Source: a virus
Length of the DNA stretch: 64,000 nt
Direction: 5' to 3' (one strand)
Virus record (IMG/VR): IMGVR_UViG_3300036985_002546
Coordinates: 7,812-71,811 of that record
Part shown: piece after piece, positions 39,829-48,849 of the stretch
Layout of the letters: every line of letters starts with the position of its first letter
Numbering within the stretch: position 1 is the first letter of the stretch
Notes under the pieces: model-generated
What the model was told of the DNA's origin: nothing
The model's database searches: none
The model's input: the letters and a program-made list of their open reading frames with translations, nothing else
Position numbers and translations under genes: made by a program

Positions 39829-40200
39829 TTAATTGCACACAAATGAATCATATAGATAACTATTAAATGCATCTTTCATTTCAGTTTCAGGATGATTATA
39901 GATAAATGTGGCTGCGGTACGCATATCCATTACAGATGATTCTCTACGCATTTCTGCTTCAATTTCAAGGTCTGAAAGACTACTCCAGCCACCATACAGT
40001 TCATAAGTATCAAAAAAGTAGTGATAATAGAAAAATTTACTGTCAGGTAGTTGGGCTAATATATGTACAGAACCTCCATGACCATCATAATCATCCTCAT
40101 CCTCATAACTGTCTTCATAAATGATTTCAGCATCTTTAATGATTTTTCCTAAAATGTCTCCGTATGTACACTTGGATGCTACAGTATCACAATATCGCAT
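39829..40200 (-). CDS. Acidic accessory hypothetical protein (cassette gene)
   Basis: 123 aa; ATG is the last 3 nt of 78-bp repeat copy 1. Confidence 0.7.
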   Translation of the reverse strand: MRYCDTVASKCTYGDILGKIIKDAEIIYEDSYEDEDDYDGHGGSVHILAQLPDSKFFYYHYFFDTYELYGGWSSLSDLEIEAEMRRESSVMDMRTAATFIYNHPETEMKDAFNSYLYDSFVCN

Positions 40201-40275
40201 TGGGGTTCTTCTTTCTAAAGTTTATGGTCTAGGTATATAGCAGGTTACTTGGAAATTGAATCTACGGACTCCGGA
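40198..40275 (-). repeat. 78-bp leader repeat, copy 1
   Basis: 76/78 identical to 40555..40632; begins TCCGGA and ends at the ATG on the minus strand. Confidence 0.95.
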
Positions 40276-40557
40276 TCATCCTTCAACACATGAACAACTA
40301 ATTAGCTGACCACAGCAGTTTGGACATCTTTCGACGTCGCACCCTGGTACGTGATATTCACCTAAAATAGCACAACAGTCATGACAAGGTAAGTTATTAT
40401 GTTCTTCACCATACTTAATATGTTCTTCACCATACTTAATACGAGGTAGTTCAACATCATCAATCTTTATAGTTGTTATAAGTTGTGCTTTACGAAGTCT
40501 ATTAGGCCAATTGGGTGACACTTCATAACCACGAAATATAATCAATTTTTTGGACAT
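40276..40557 (-). CDS. Cys-rich (zinc-binding) accessory protein (cassette gene)
   Basis: CHDC......YH.PGCDVERCP.C.GQLISC.C; internal 21-nt duplication IKYGEEH x2. Confidence 0.75.
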   Translation of the reverse strand: MSKKLIIFRGYEVSPNWPNRLRKAQLITTIKIDDVELPRIKYGEEHIKYGEEHNNLPCHDCCAILGEYHVPGCDVERCPNCCGQLISCSCVEG

Positions 40558-40632
40558 TGGGGTTCTTCTTTCTAAAGTTTAAGGTCTAGGTATATAGCAG
40601 GTTACTCGGAAATTGAATCTACGGACTCCGGA
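40555..40632 (-). repeat. 78-bp leader repeat, copy 2
   Basis: See copy 1; period 357 bp. Confidence 0.95.
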
Positions 40633-40648
40633 GGGTCGTAGTTTTAGT

Positions 40649-40689
40649 AAAAAAAGGCTAGAAGAAAGCTTATCACCTTCTTCTAGCCT
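40649..40689 (-). terminator. Intrinsic terminator of the capsid operon
   Basis: AGGCTAGAAGAA stem / TTCTTCTAGCC followed by T7; a second hairpin at 40718..40742. Confidence 0.85.
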
Positions 40690-40752
40690 GTCAATTCAAG
40701 TCTACTAGTCTAATGGATGATTCTTCTCTTAGAGGAGAATCAATTTACCTAG

Positions 40753-42195
40753 TTAGCGAGTAAGAGATCCAATGTTTACGTAGCGTAACCATTTCCGTGC
40801 GGCGAACAGGATCGGGGTCCCATACAGTAGGATCATCCAGCGGAAGGCAGGACCCATTACAGCAAGGTCCATACGTAACATCGGTAGTAACTGACGGAAG
40901 GTTAATACCGATGGAGTCATTTCACCCATGTAAGCAATCGAGGTGAAGGGGAGGAGGAAGTTTACATCGTGGAATGCTGTGGTTCCCGATGGTGCTTGCG
41001 ATGCAGCAGGTAGTTGACCTACGAGGGAGAACTTCGAAAGATCAGAACCTACAGCCGAACTTCCTGCACGTGCAACCGTGCGGTAGACACGGAAGAACTC
41101 TGGAGGATATGTGCCGATTGTGCCTGCGTTGGTGATTGTTAAGTCAATCCGACGATATGCATTCTTCTCAGACTGAGTGATGTCTTGGCTGGAGCCAATT
41201 AGTACAGGAGCGGACTCACCAAAGCGGTTAGCTGCGGTGACTGCGTAAGCGTAGTTATTGGTACCAGTGAATCCACCTTTGTTGAAGTTACCGTTGGTAA
41301 CGCCAGTATTTACAGTGGATGCAACGCTAGCCGGTGTGGCAGGTGCGTTAGCGGAGGTAGCAGCGGCGTGAGGAGAAGGAAGTGCCTTTAGGAATACGTT
41401 TGGATTTAACTCCATTACGCCTGCTTGTGTCATTACGGAATTGACAGAGAGACCGACCATTCCGTTCTGAGGAGCAGGAAGACTGATACGCTCTTTGGGA
41501 TAGAAACCCTTTACTAGGTCTGAGTTGTTGCGATTGCCGAGCCAGAGATCTGTTGGATAAGCAAAGTTATCCACGAGCTTCTGGGCGCCTTCCTCGATGT
41601 CAGCTTCTTGAAGAGCTTCACCTTCTAGATCAATGAAGTTCGAAGGATCGATTAGTGCGTCAAGACCGTTCCATTGTTGTGCTTCACCGCTGTAAGCGAG
41701 CGAGGCATCGCCTTGGAATAGAGACTTTTCAATGCGCTCTAGGAGCCAAAGAATACCGTTCTGATTCTCAAGTGCGATTACATCTCCGTGTGCTGGGTGC
41801 ACAACGGTCATGGGGTGGTCAACTTCTCGTGTGGTACCAATGTACTTGATTAGTGCGGTCCGACGTGCATAGTTACTGTCCTGTGCAGGAGGTAATTCAC
41901 CAGGCATTAGGAATGCCGAGGAATCCGAACCGTAATCAATTAATTGGGTGTACTCTTCGTTGGTGCTGAATGCTGGAGACTTGGGAATCTTCTTCCACAT
42001 TTTGATGTGGTGCGCCGAGTAAGTTACGACCTTCAACGAACCTTCTAGTGATTGTACGCGTAAAGCGGAACCACCAGTCTGATTCACGATGTCATAGCCA
42101 GGCGTAAGGGCTTTGGCTAGTTCCTGTACATCTGTAGAGGTACCAGTACCAAATCCATTAAGAGTCCCACCATTGTAATTCTGGAGACCGATCAT
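40753..42195 (-). CDS. Major capsid protein (480 aa; true start MIGLQN)
   Basis: ELAKALTPGY, GGSALRVQSLE..LK..T, IEKSLFQGD, YGTPIL.A.RKW as in SPO1/Twort-like capsid proteins; RBS AGGAG before ATG 42195. Confidence 0.93.
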   Translation of the reverse strand: MIGLQNYNGGTLNGFGTGTSTDVQELAKALTPGYDIVNQTGGSALRVQSLEGSLKVVTYSAHHIKMWKKIPKSPAFSTNEEYTQLIDYGSDSSAFLMPGELPPAQDSNYARRTALIKYIGTTREVDHPMTVVHPAHGDVIALENQNGILWLLERIEKSLFQGDASLAYSGEAQQWNGLDALIDPSNFIDLEGEALQEADIEEGAQKLVDNFAYPTDLWLGNRNNSDLVKGFYPKERISLPAPQNGMVGLSVNSVMTQAGVMELNPNVFLKALPSPHAAATSANAPATPASVASTVNTGVTNGNFNKGGFTGTNNYAYAVTAANRFGESAPVLIGSSQDITQSEKNAYRRIDLTITNAGTIGTYPPEFFRVYRTVARAGSSAVGSDLSKFSLVGQLPAASQAPSGTTAFHDVNFLLPFTSIAYMGEMTPSVLTFRQLLPMLRMDLAVMGPAFRWMILLYGTPILFAARKWLRYVNIGSLTR

Positions 42196-42223
42196 TTGTA
42201 TACTCCTTTTTCTTTTAGTGGGG

Positions 42224-43273
42224 TTACTTGCCCGCCACAGCGGCTTGGACAAGAGCTAGTGTTGATGGCGAAATGTCGCCACCTGTTTCATATTTAACTA
42301 CATCGAGAGGATGAAGTTTATTGCTCTTTACTAGGTCACACATTACGTCTACGATTTGGCTCTTAGCCATGCTCTCAGTAGATAGGTCTAGACCACCAGG
42401 TCCAAAACTCTTATTCATTACTTGAAGACGGCTCTTAGGCGCGCCTACAGGAGATGAAACTTCCTGAATTTGAGCTTGCGAGGTGCCTGCAATGTGCTGA
42501 CCGATACCAGCAACGGCTTCAGCAATCGACTTCGAGAACTCACCTTGATTAGAGGCAAATCCTTGAAGAGCGTTTTCTAGACGCTCGATACGATTGAATA
42601 CTGGAGCTAGCGACTTGTTGACCTTAGCAACTACACCAGCCTCTACACCAGCAAGACCCTCACCAATGGCGCGAGTAACCTCAAAGAGGATAGGCGACAT
42701 TTCAATACCTTTACGTAGATTGGTAGAATTATTTACTGCGTTAGTAAAAGATTTCTTAGCGTCAGTGCCATCACCATCTAGATCTTCATCTGTCGTATCT
42801 TTGTTTGGATTCGTTTCCGGAACTTTCTTCGAATCACTCTGAGTGCCCGAAGCAGGCGCAGGAGAGGGCTTAGTAGAAGCCTTTGCCACGTCCTTTTCGT
42901 CTTCATCTTCATCTTCTTTTTCAAATGGAAAACCCTTTTTTACTGCCCATGCTTCAGCAGAAGTAAGCTTCTGACCCTTAGCAATCTTGTTGCCGATTAG
43001 GGTAAGAGGGTTGGTGTTCTTTACAATAGCAACTTCAGCCGGAGTAAGAGCTTTGCTCTTAGCGACTTTCGAAGCTAGTGCTTTCTTTACACCGTTGTAG
43101 TCAGTACCATTCTCGTCGATGCCATCATCATGTTCATCGACATCTTCTTGGGATGTTCCTGCCCAAGTACCCGGATTCGAATCAGAAGGGGTAGCGAAAA
43201 GCTGGGTTTGACCAGTGCCTTTGGCTAACCGTTCGAGACGATTCAGGGAAGCAGCGAAGTCTTCAGTCTTCAT
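42224..43273 (-). CDS. Capsid scaffolding protein
   Basis: Between protease and capsid gene; acidic/helical; many K-S/K-A sites. Confidence 0.75.
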   Translation of the reverse strand: MKTEDFAASLNRLERLAKGTGQTQLFATPSDSNPGTWAGTSQEDVDEHDDGIDENGTDYNGVKKALASKVAKSKALTPAEVAIVKNTNPLTLIGNKIAKGQKLTSAEAWAVKKGFPFEKEDEDEDEKDVAKASTKPSPAPASGTQSDSKKVPETNPNKDTTDEDLDGDGTDAKKSFTNAVNNSTNLRKGIEMSPILFEVTRAIGEGLAGVEAGVVAKVNKSLAPVFNRIERLENALQGFASNQGEFSKSIAEAVAGIGQHIAGTSQAQIQEVSSPVGAPKSRLQVMNKSFGPGGLDLSTESMAKSQIVDVMCDLVKSNKLHPLDVVKYETGGDISPSTLALVQAAVAGK

Positions 43274-43282
43274 CGTGTCCTC

Positions 43283-44080
43283 CTATCGTTTTAGTTGATT
43301 TACAAAAATGGCGTTGGCAAATGCCCGCGCCATGGGAAGTGAGTAACCCTTTGATTTCACCATGAAATCAACAGCCTCACCATAATTTACATCAGCAGAC
43401 TTAAAGGTCTGTACTATCGGTTTACCCTCTAAAGATTGGGGTATTAGTAAGCTACCCATACCGTTTACCGATAAAGCTTTCTCTTCCTCTTCTAGCCGTG
43501 CTTTATTGGCTAAACCTTTTGGACAACAAGTACCTTTACACGTTGCGCTACCTGGATTTTTGCACCAAGGATTTTCATTCAAAGATTTCATAATCTCTGC
43601 ATAACTATGTGTATTTACAGGGGAAGCAGTAATTGCTATGTCCTGCAACCAGCACTTGACAATAGTATTGCCATCGCGCTTTAGAACCTTACCCTGTATA
43701 GAGAAGCCAACCTTTCGGTTTGACTTGTTCTCTTCAAGTGTCTTAAGGTGTTCCCACCAGTATTCTGCCCGTTCTTTACCCTTGTATAAGAACGCACTGA
43801 TCCATAAACCGTCTGGAGTAGCTTTACAGTCTAAAGGCTCTCCAACCTTGTTCTCAGGACCATCTTTGTGATCATCATTGATATAACCGTATTTTAAGAA
43901 ATACGATGTATCAATGCCTTTTTGAGTTACAACTTCACCTTGTAAATCACGATGATCCGTTGATGCAACGCCTTGAATTCTACGACGTTTGTCTGTAGAT
44001 TCAGCTTTTGCAAACGATTCTATCGGTGCAAAAAATTGAAAGGTATCTGTTGTTAAGTGTGTGTGCTCTTGATGTTGCAT
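43283..44080 (-). CDS. Prohead protease (HK97/herpes-type fold)
   Basis: IQGVAST...D.QGE.V.Q.GID, IN.DH, GFSIQG, IAITASPVN. Confidence 0.93.
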   Translation of the reverse strand: MQHQEHTHLTTDTFQFFAPIESFAKAESTDKRRRIQGVASTDHRDLQGEVVTQKGIDTSYFLKYGYINDDHKDGPENKVGEPLDCKATPDGLWISAFLYKGKERAEYWWEHLKTLEENKSNRKVGFSIQGKVLKRDGNTIVKCWLQDIAITASPVNTHSYAEIMKSLNENPWCKNPGSATCKGTCCPKGLANKARLEEEEKALSVNGMGSLLIPQSLEGKPIVQTFKSADVNYGEAVDFMVKSKGYSLPMARAFANAIFVNQLKR

Positions 44081-44109
44081 AAAGGATGGTCATTTTCTGA
44101 CCTCCCTTT
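44081..44109 (-). promoter_or_regulatory. Hairpin occluding a strong Shine-Dalgarno and an out-of-frame ATG immediately before the protease start
   Basis: AAAGGGAGGTCA-GAAAA-TGACCATCCTTT|ATG: 12-position stem with one mismatch and one GU pair. Confidence 0.6.
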
Positions 44110-44130
44110 ACTGGAGCATCACATACTAAA

Positions 44131-44158
44131 ACAATACTAAATTCTGGGTTATTGTCAA
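44131..44158 (-). promoter_or_regulatory. Candidate sigma70-type promoter for protease-scaffold-capsid genes
   Basis: TTGACA-N16-TATTGT in the intergenic gap. Confidence 0.45.
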
Positions 44159-44181
44159 GACTGAAATAGAAGAAAGTTTAC

Positions 44182-44397
44182 TCATTTGTTTAAGTAAAGA
44201 GGTGGTCCAGAATCTAATGTATCATCAACCACTCTAAAGGGTAGTTGTACTTCTGCGTTACAACTTTTGCACACAGTATAAAGTAAGTTACCTTTACGTA
44301 ACCACACTTTACCGTGAATTTTTTCTTCTGAAGGAGACAATGATTTAGCTACGACTTTGTCACAATTTGGACAGAGTAGCGTTGCACAATTAATCAC
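44182..44397 (-). CDS. Small zinc-ribbon protein
   Basis: CPNC...CKSC; immediately upstream of the protease gene. Confidence 0.7.
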   Translation of the reverse strand: MINCATLLCPNCDKVVAKSLSPSEEKIHGKVWLRKGNLLYTVCKSCNAEVQLPFRVVDDTLDSGPPLYLNK

Positions 44398-47300
44398 TAT
44401 TGGGTTACCTCGTTATTTAGTGATTTGTACGTAGTTTCATCGACTTCAGCGTGTTCATGTATAGGATGAAAGTGTAGCCAACCAGAAAATTCTTTTTCTT
44501 CGTATGTACGATCTGTTAAGTCCATGGATACGTGAGGTATTATGTAGGTATTAGGAACACTTTCTATTTCTTGTGGTGGCTTCTTTTTTGAATATGATTG
44601 CTGTAGCAACTCAACAACAATTGGATCTACTAACGAAGCTAAAATTAACTCTACTGTTTGGTGTGGATCTACGTCAGCAGCTAGGCCATAACCCCATTCA
44701 TGTGCTATCGTACGACACGCTCTGTCAATGGCAGTTTCAAATGCAGCACCAGCAGAAAGATAACGAATGACGTCCCTAGCAAATGTCATTGTAGCATGAT
44801 ATGTCTGTATAGAATACAAACTAATTCCTTGAGATTCTACAACTCTAGATAAATAATGAGGCCCTATTCGTCTACGTAATCCATTATCGTCAGGTTTACC
44901 GTCTTTATCCTGCTTTGGTATAGCAAATAAAGGTTCGTCTTTTTGTTTTGTGCTTACTAACTCAGACAATATGGAACGAATTCGTTCATCTACGTGTATT
45001 TTACGTGTACCTAACTGTACGACACTATCTGACACTCGTACTTCAGCTGGAGTTAGCGAGGCTAGTTCAGTTACTCGCATACGTCCTTGATCCAACAACG
45101 CAAGACACACAGCAGTAACTTTATCCTTTATTAAATAACTGTTAAATAAATCTATATAATACTGTCTAAATGACGTAATTCTCGCGTCAAATAACGCATT
45201 TTGTTGATTTATAGCAAGTTTAGGGATTTGTTTTATGTCACTGTGTACATAAGTGTGTTTATGCTCGCCCGAGTCTGGATCTCGCCATCTAGCTGCCCAT
45301 AAGTTCTTAGGATCAAATTTATTATAATTTTGATTCCATTCTATTGTTGAAGGATCTTGTGCCGCTGGTGCTCTAGAAAGTTTTTTACCTTCTGGTGTGA
45401 AATACTCTGGATTTTGATCTATAGAAGGTTCAGATGGGTGAACTTTAGCCTCTCCATGAGCTGAATGCCTATCAGCGTGCCCAGTTGGTGCGTTAGTGTA
45501 TCGTATAAAGTTATTGGCTTGGTCTTTGTAATAGTGCTTTGGATGGTCTTCATCACCTTCCATGTGGCTGTAGGTGTGAGACGGATCTACGTTTTTATCC
45601 CGAGTTAGGATACCTAACGCTGCTTTACTTAATTCCCACTCCGCATAAGCTAGTTGAGCTAATTCCAAAGATTTCCCAAAATCAGGTTCTACGAAGTGTT
45701 CTCCGTGTTTCTGAGAATGCATTATCTGTTTAAGTTGCTGAATTGCAGCATTTTGTTGTTCTTTTGGAACACTATTTACAATTTGATTGATATAGCCTGC
45801 ATATTGATCAGCGTGTCCAGACGCTAAACCAGGAGATCTACTAGACCAATCCTCAAGTGAACCTATTTGTGCATCTGCCCATCGTTCGATTGGTGTTTGA
45901 GCTTGAGAAGAACCCGCAAGAGTTGGTGTTTCTTCTCCAGACATTAGAGCTTCTTCTGGATTTAATAGGTGGGCCCTACCTTCAGATGCCTGAGAGATTA
46001 GATTAGGGTCATCTAGACGATTATAACCTTCTCCTGTTCTAGACATTACGTCCACAGGTGTTCCTAATGCTTCAGATATTAGTTCACCTTGTGGATTTTC
46101 ATCATTCTTTTCTGTATTAGGTATGTACGTAGCGCGTCGCATATACTGAAATAACTCACCACCCGCTCCAGCAATTAAACCTCCGAATGACTTGTGTTTG
46201 TATGGATCAAACCGGTCAATTGCTCTTGATATAGCTTTATAGGCAGGTGAATTTTCATCTGATAAACCGATTACTTGTGGTATTTTATACCCTTCGGATT
46301 CTAGTTTCGGATCATATCCTACCTGTGGTGGTAGTGTAGGACCTGTGCCTATTAGCCGAGACATCCAGTATTGCTGTTGTTCTGGATTTTTTCCTAAAAT
46401 AGGACTCTTTGATACTGCTTGCTTGGCCATTTTAACAATATAGGGCCAATACTGTTTAGCAACATCGTCAACAATATTTCTACGTTCTTCTGGACTTACA
46501 TTTAACTCAACTCTAGTACGCTTAAAAGTTCTAACACGTCCAGTTTTGTCTGTAACAACACTAACTTCTTCTTTTGGTCTCCATTGCTTACCACCAGTGC
46601 CTATAGCATTGCGTCGTATGCGATCTTCAAAAGAACCTGGAGTGATGTGAAATGCTTCTGAAGCAGCGCTTTTATCGGCTTCAGATTCGTTAGTACTTTC
46701 TGTAGGGGTACTCTGAACCGGTTCAATAGGCTGAGATTGTCCTTCAGGAGTATTTATAACAGTTGGAGTATCTGGTGTAAGTTCTACAGAACCAGCAGAC
46801 TCAATTTGTGTAGGAGTTTCAGGTGGAGTTCCTCCAGATAGACGCAACTCATCAGATAATTGTGTCTGTACGTATCTCTGTGCTAATTCCCTACTTTGTT
46901 TTTTTAGTATAGGAGCGTCAGGATTTTGTAAGTCAGTTACTTTCCACCTAAGTTTGTCTGGTGGTACTAATCCATCTTTTGTAATAGTCCCTACAATTGG
47001 TGAAATCGTATAACGTGCTTTACCGTCTAAACCTGGATAAGCTTCTGAATGACTCGATATAGCGTACCAAGCTTCAAAGTGTCCTTTACTCTTTGCGTGA
47101 AAAAGTACTGTTTTGTTGTCTGGATTAAAGACATCAAATTCTGTTTCACCTTTTTTGTTCTTTACGGGATGAATTTCTAGGTCTGGACCACCTTGCATGG
47201 GGTGTGTAATGGGAATTTTAGAACCTGCAGTTAACGCGGTGTTCATCCCGTGTTCGTAGTCGGACTTAGCCTGTTCTTCTGGATTTTCTGTTGTTGGAGC

Positions 47301-47519
47301 CGTCTCCGGTACATCCATAGAGTGTTCACGGGATAAATCTGTATATGCAGGTTGTTGTCCAGATCCGTGAGCAGCAGATGGCATCTGTGTGTATTGGTAT
47401 ACCCACCTTTCACCATTCCACTTTCGAGAGATGTATTTGCCACCTCTTGGTGGTCCCATGGGTTGTGCAGATTTTTGCAGTATTCCACTTTGTGGAAAGA
47501 GAATATCTAAAAAGTCCAA
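44397..47519 (-). CDS. Multidomain putative head-cargo protein: sigma70 region-2-like domain plus inactive-looking topoisomerase IB-like domain
   Basis: AISRAIDRFDPYKHKSF and NPEEAL (sigma-like); ARWRDP, AVCLALLDQGRMRV, LASL...V.V, QTYHAT, TIAHEWG, SLVDP (TopIB-like); RBS GGAGG before TTG. Confidence 0.65.
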   Translation of the reverse strand: MDFLDILFPQSGILQKSAQPMGPPRGGKYISRKWNGERWVYQYTQMPSAAHGSGQQPAYTDLSREHSMDVPETAPTTENPEEQAKSDYEHGMNTALTAGSKIPITHPMQGGPDLEIHPVKNKKGETEFDVFNPDNKTVLFHAKSKGHFEAWYAISSHSEAYPGLDGKARYTISPIVGTITKDGLVPPDKLRWKVTDLQNPDAPILKKQSRELAQRYVQTQLSDELRLSGGTPPETPTQIESAGSVELTPDTPTVINTPEGQSQPIEPVQSTPTESTNESEADKSAASEAFHITPGSFEDRIRRNAIGTGGKQWRPKEEVSVVTDKTGRVRTFKRTRVELNVSPEERRNIVDDVAKQYWPYIVKMAKQAVSKSPILGKNPEQQQYWMSRLIGTGPTLPPQVGYDPKLESEGYKIPQVIGLSDENSPAYKAISRAIDRFDPYKHKSFGGLIAGAGGELFQYMRRATYIPNTEKNDENPQGELISEALGTPVDVMSRTGEGYNRLDDPNLISQASEGRAHLLNPEEALMSGEETPTLAGSSQAQTPIERWADAQIGSLEDWSSRSPGLASGHADQYAGYINQIVNSVPKEQQNAAIQQLKQIMHSQKHGEHFVEPDFGKSLELAQLAYAEWELSKAALGILTRDKNVDPSHTYSHMEGDEDHPKHYYKDQANNFIRYTNAPTGHADRHSAHGEAKVHPSEPSIDQNPEYFTPEGKKLSRAPAAQDPSTIEWNQNYNKFDPKNLWAARWRDPDSGEHKHTYVHSDIKQIPKLAINQQNALFDARITSFRQYYIDLFNSYLIKDKVTAVCLALLDQGRMRVTELASLTPAEVRVSDSVVQLGTRKIHVDERIRSILSELVSTKQKDEPLFAIPKQDKDGKPDDNGLRRRIGPHYLSRVVESQGISLYSIQTYHATMTFARDVIRYLSAGAAFETAIDRACRTIAHEWGYGLAADVDPHQTVELILASLVDPIVVELLQQSYSKKKPPQEIESVPNTYIIPHVSMDLTDRTYEEKEFSGWLHFHPIHEHAEVDETTYKSLNNEVTQ

Positions 47520-47532
47520 AATTAGTCCTCCG

Positions 47533-48849
47533 TTACACGGTAGGTTTTAACGCCTGATTGTGTTGATTCTGTGAGGAATCCGGCGTTGACAAGTTGTTTA
47601 AGGATCCGTCCGTTGATTCCAAATTTGGCGCATTCCCAGTAAGTTCGGGGTTTTGTTCCGAAATTGGATAACCATTGTTGGAGTCGTTCGGTTGCTCCAG
47701 TTCCATATCTTCTTGCAAAGGTAGTATGTTTTGAGCTACCCCTAACAAATCCCGTTGATCCATCAGGAATCCTATTATCTCTTCCCGTGCTGATTCTGGT
47801 GTTTGTCCTTGGAAGTTGCATCCGGGTCCCCATATCTCACTAGCAATTTGCATTAATTCTGCGTCTTTAGAGTCTCCAATTCTACTCAATATAGCACGAA
47901 CACCGTCAAACGTCTCTACATCTATTGGAGGTGGTCCCATCATACCAGGGAACATAGACATACCAGGCATACCGGGCATAAAAGCCTTCTTAACTGCACG
48001 TGTTTTAGGTCCGTCTGAAGCTATCATACGCTTAAAGGCGTCTATAGTAGTCTCAGTCATTTCACCGAAAAACTTAGGAGTATCATAATGTTCCAGATAT
48101 GCAGCTTTAGCTTCTCTAGGAGAAATAAATCCAAGCATAACCTTATCTTCGTCATACTGCGTAAACTTTGGCGCTTTTAGTTGGTGAATAACAAACACCT
48201 TATTAGACTCGTCATCGGTACCAACATAAACGTCTATGCTATCACCATCATTACCTTCAGTACGTTTAATGAACCCATAAGGATAGTTCATTTTAGTTTT
48301 TCTCGTGGTTCTAGTTCCTGGGTCGTACCAGTGTCTATACTCACCCTTATCAGTTTCTATACCGATAGAAAAACCTTGGAATTGTATAGTTCGTTTTACT
48401 TTTCCATTACTTTTTAGGGCTTTCCACACTAAATCTGTAGTTTGTCTAACTTCAAAACAATCAAAATGTTCAGAAACAAACGACTTATCTACCGCTTCAA
48501 TTTGCTTTAGTTTGGTGTAGTATTCAGCATCTTCTTTTAGATGGTCTACAGCAATCTGTTGAGCAACTTTAGGATCATTAGTATGTTCTAACTCGTGCTC
48601 TGTGCCAGTTTTTAATTCTTTTTTATCAAAATCTTCTGCTGGACCTTTTAACTTTTTTATTTCCTGCTGTTTACTAGACCAAAGAATACAGTGTCCTTTA
48701 GTAGACACCTTAGCATCTTGTTGTCCGTCACTCAGTAAATTACAAGTTTCAATTTCTGACCTAAAATTAACGCAAGTATCACAAACTTCTTCAGAAGTTG
48801 TGTATAGAACTTGTGTAGGTGTAGGCCGTTTAGTAAGAAGATCCGCCAT
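47533..48849 (-). CDS. Multidomain protein: HiPIP-like 4-Cys domain, DUF5661-like domain, phage inorganic-pyrophosphatase-like domain
   Basis: CDTCVNF..C..VSTKGHCILW; G.EHELEHT.D...A..IA.DHL.E...YY.KL; YGFI..TEG.DGD.IDVYVG...YDEDKVMLGF; start MADLL with RBS GAGGA. Confidence 0.75.
   Translation of the reverse strand: MADLLTKRPTPTQVLYTTSEEVCDTCVNFRSEIETCNLLSDGQQDAKVSTKGHCILWSSKQQEIKKLKGPAEDFDKKELKTGTEHELEHTNDPKVAQQIAVDHLKEDAEYYTKLKQIEAVDKSFVSEHFDCFEVRQTTDLVWKALKSNGKVKRTIQFQGFSIGIETDKGEYRHWYDPGTRTTRKTKMNYPYGFIKRTEGNDGDSIDVYVGTDDESNKVFVIHQLKAPKFTQYDEDKVMLGFISPREAKAAYLEHYDTPKFFGEMTETTIDAFKRMIASDGPKTRAVKKAFMPGMPGMSMFPGMMGPPPIDVETFDGVRAILSRIGDSKDAELMQIASEIWGPGCNFQGQTPESAREEIIGFLMDQRDLLGVAQNILPLQEDMELEQPNDSNNGYPISEQNPELTGNAPNLESTDGSLNNLSTPDSSQNQHNQALKPTV

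Noticed and set aside
40198-40632. CRISPR array or integron attC sites
   Set aside because: Only two 78-bp repeats separated by a whole ORF; no cas or integrase gene and no attC-like long palindrome
42196-42252. ORF-track N-terminal extension of the capsid protein (MSKPLWRAS...)
   Set aside because: It overlaps the scaffold gene; a strong AGGAG precedes ATG 42195
44600-45340. Active topoisomerase IB or integrase
   Set aside because: The catalytic Tyr and several other catalytic positions appear substituted; reported only as an inactive-looking fold
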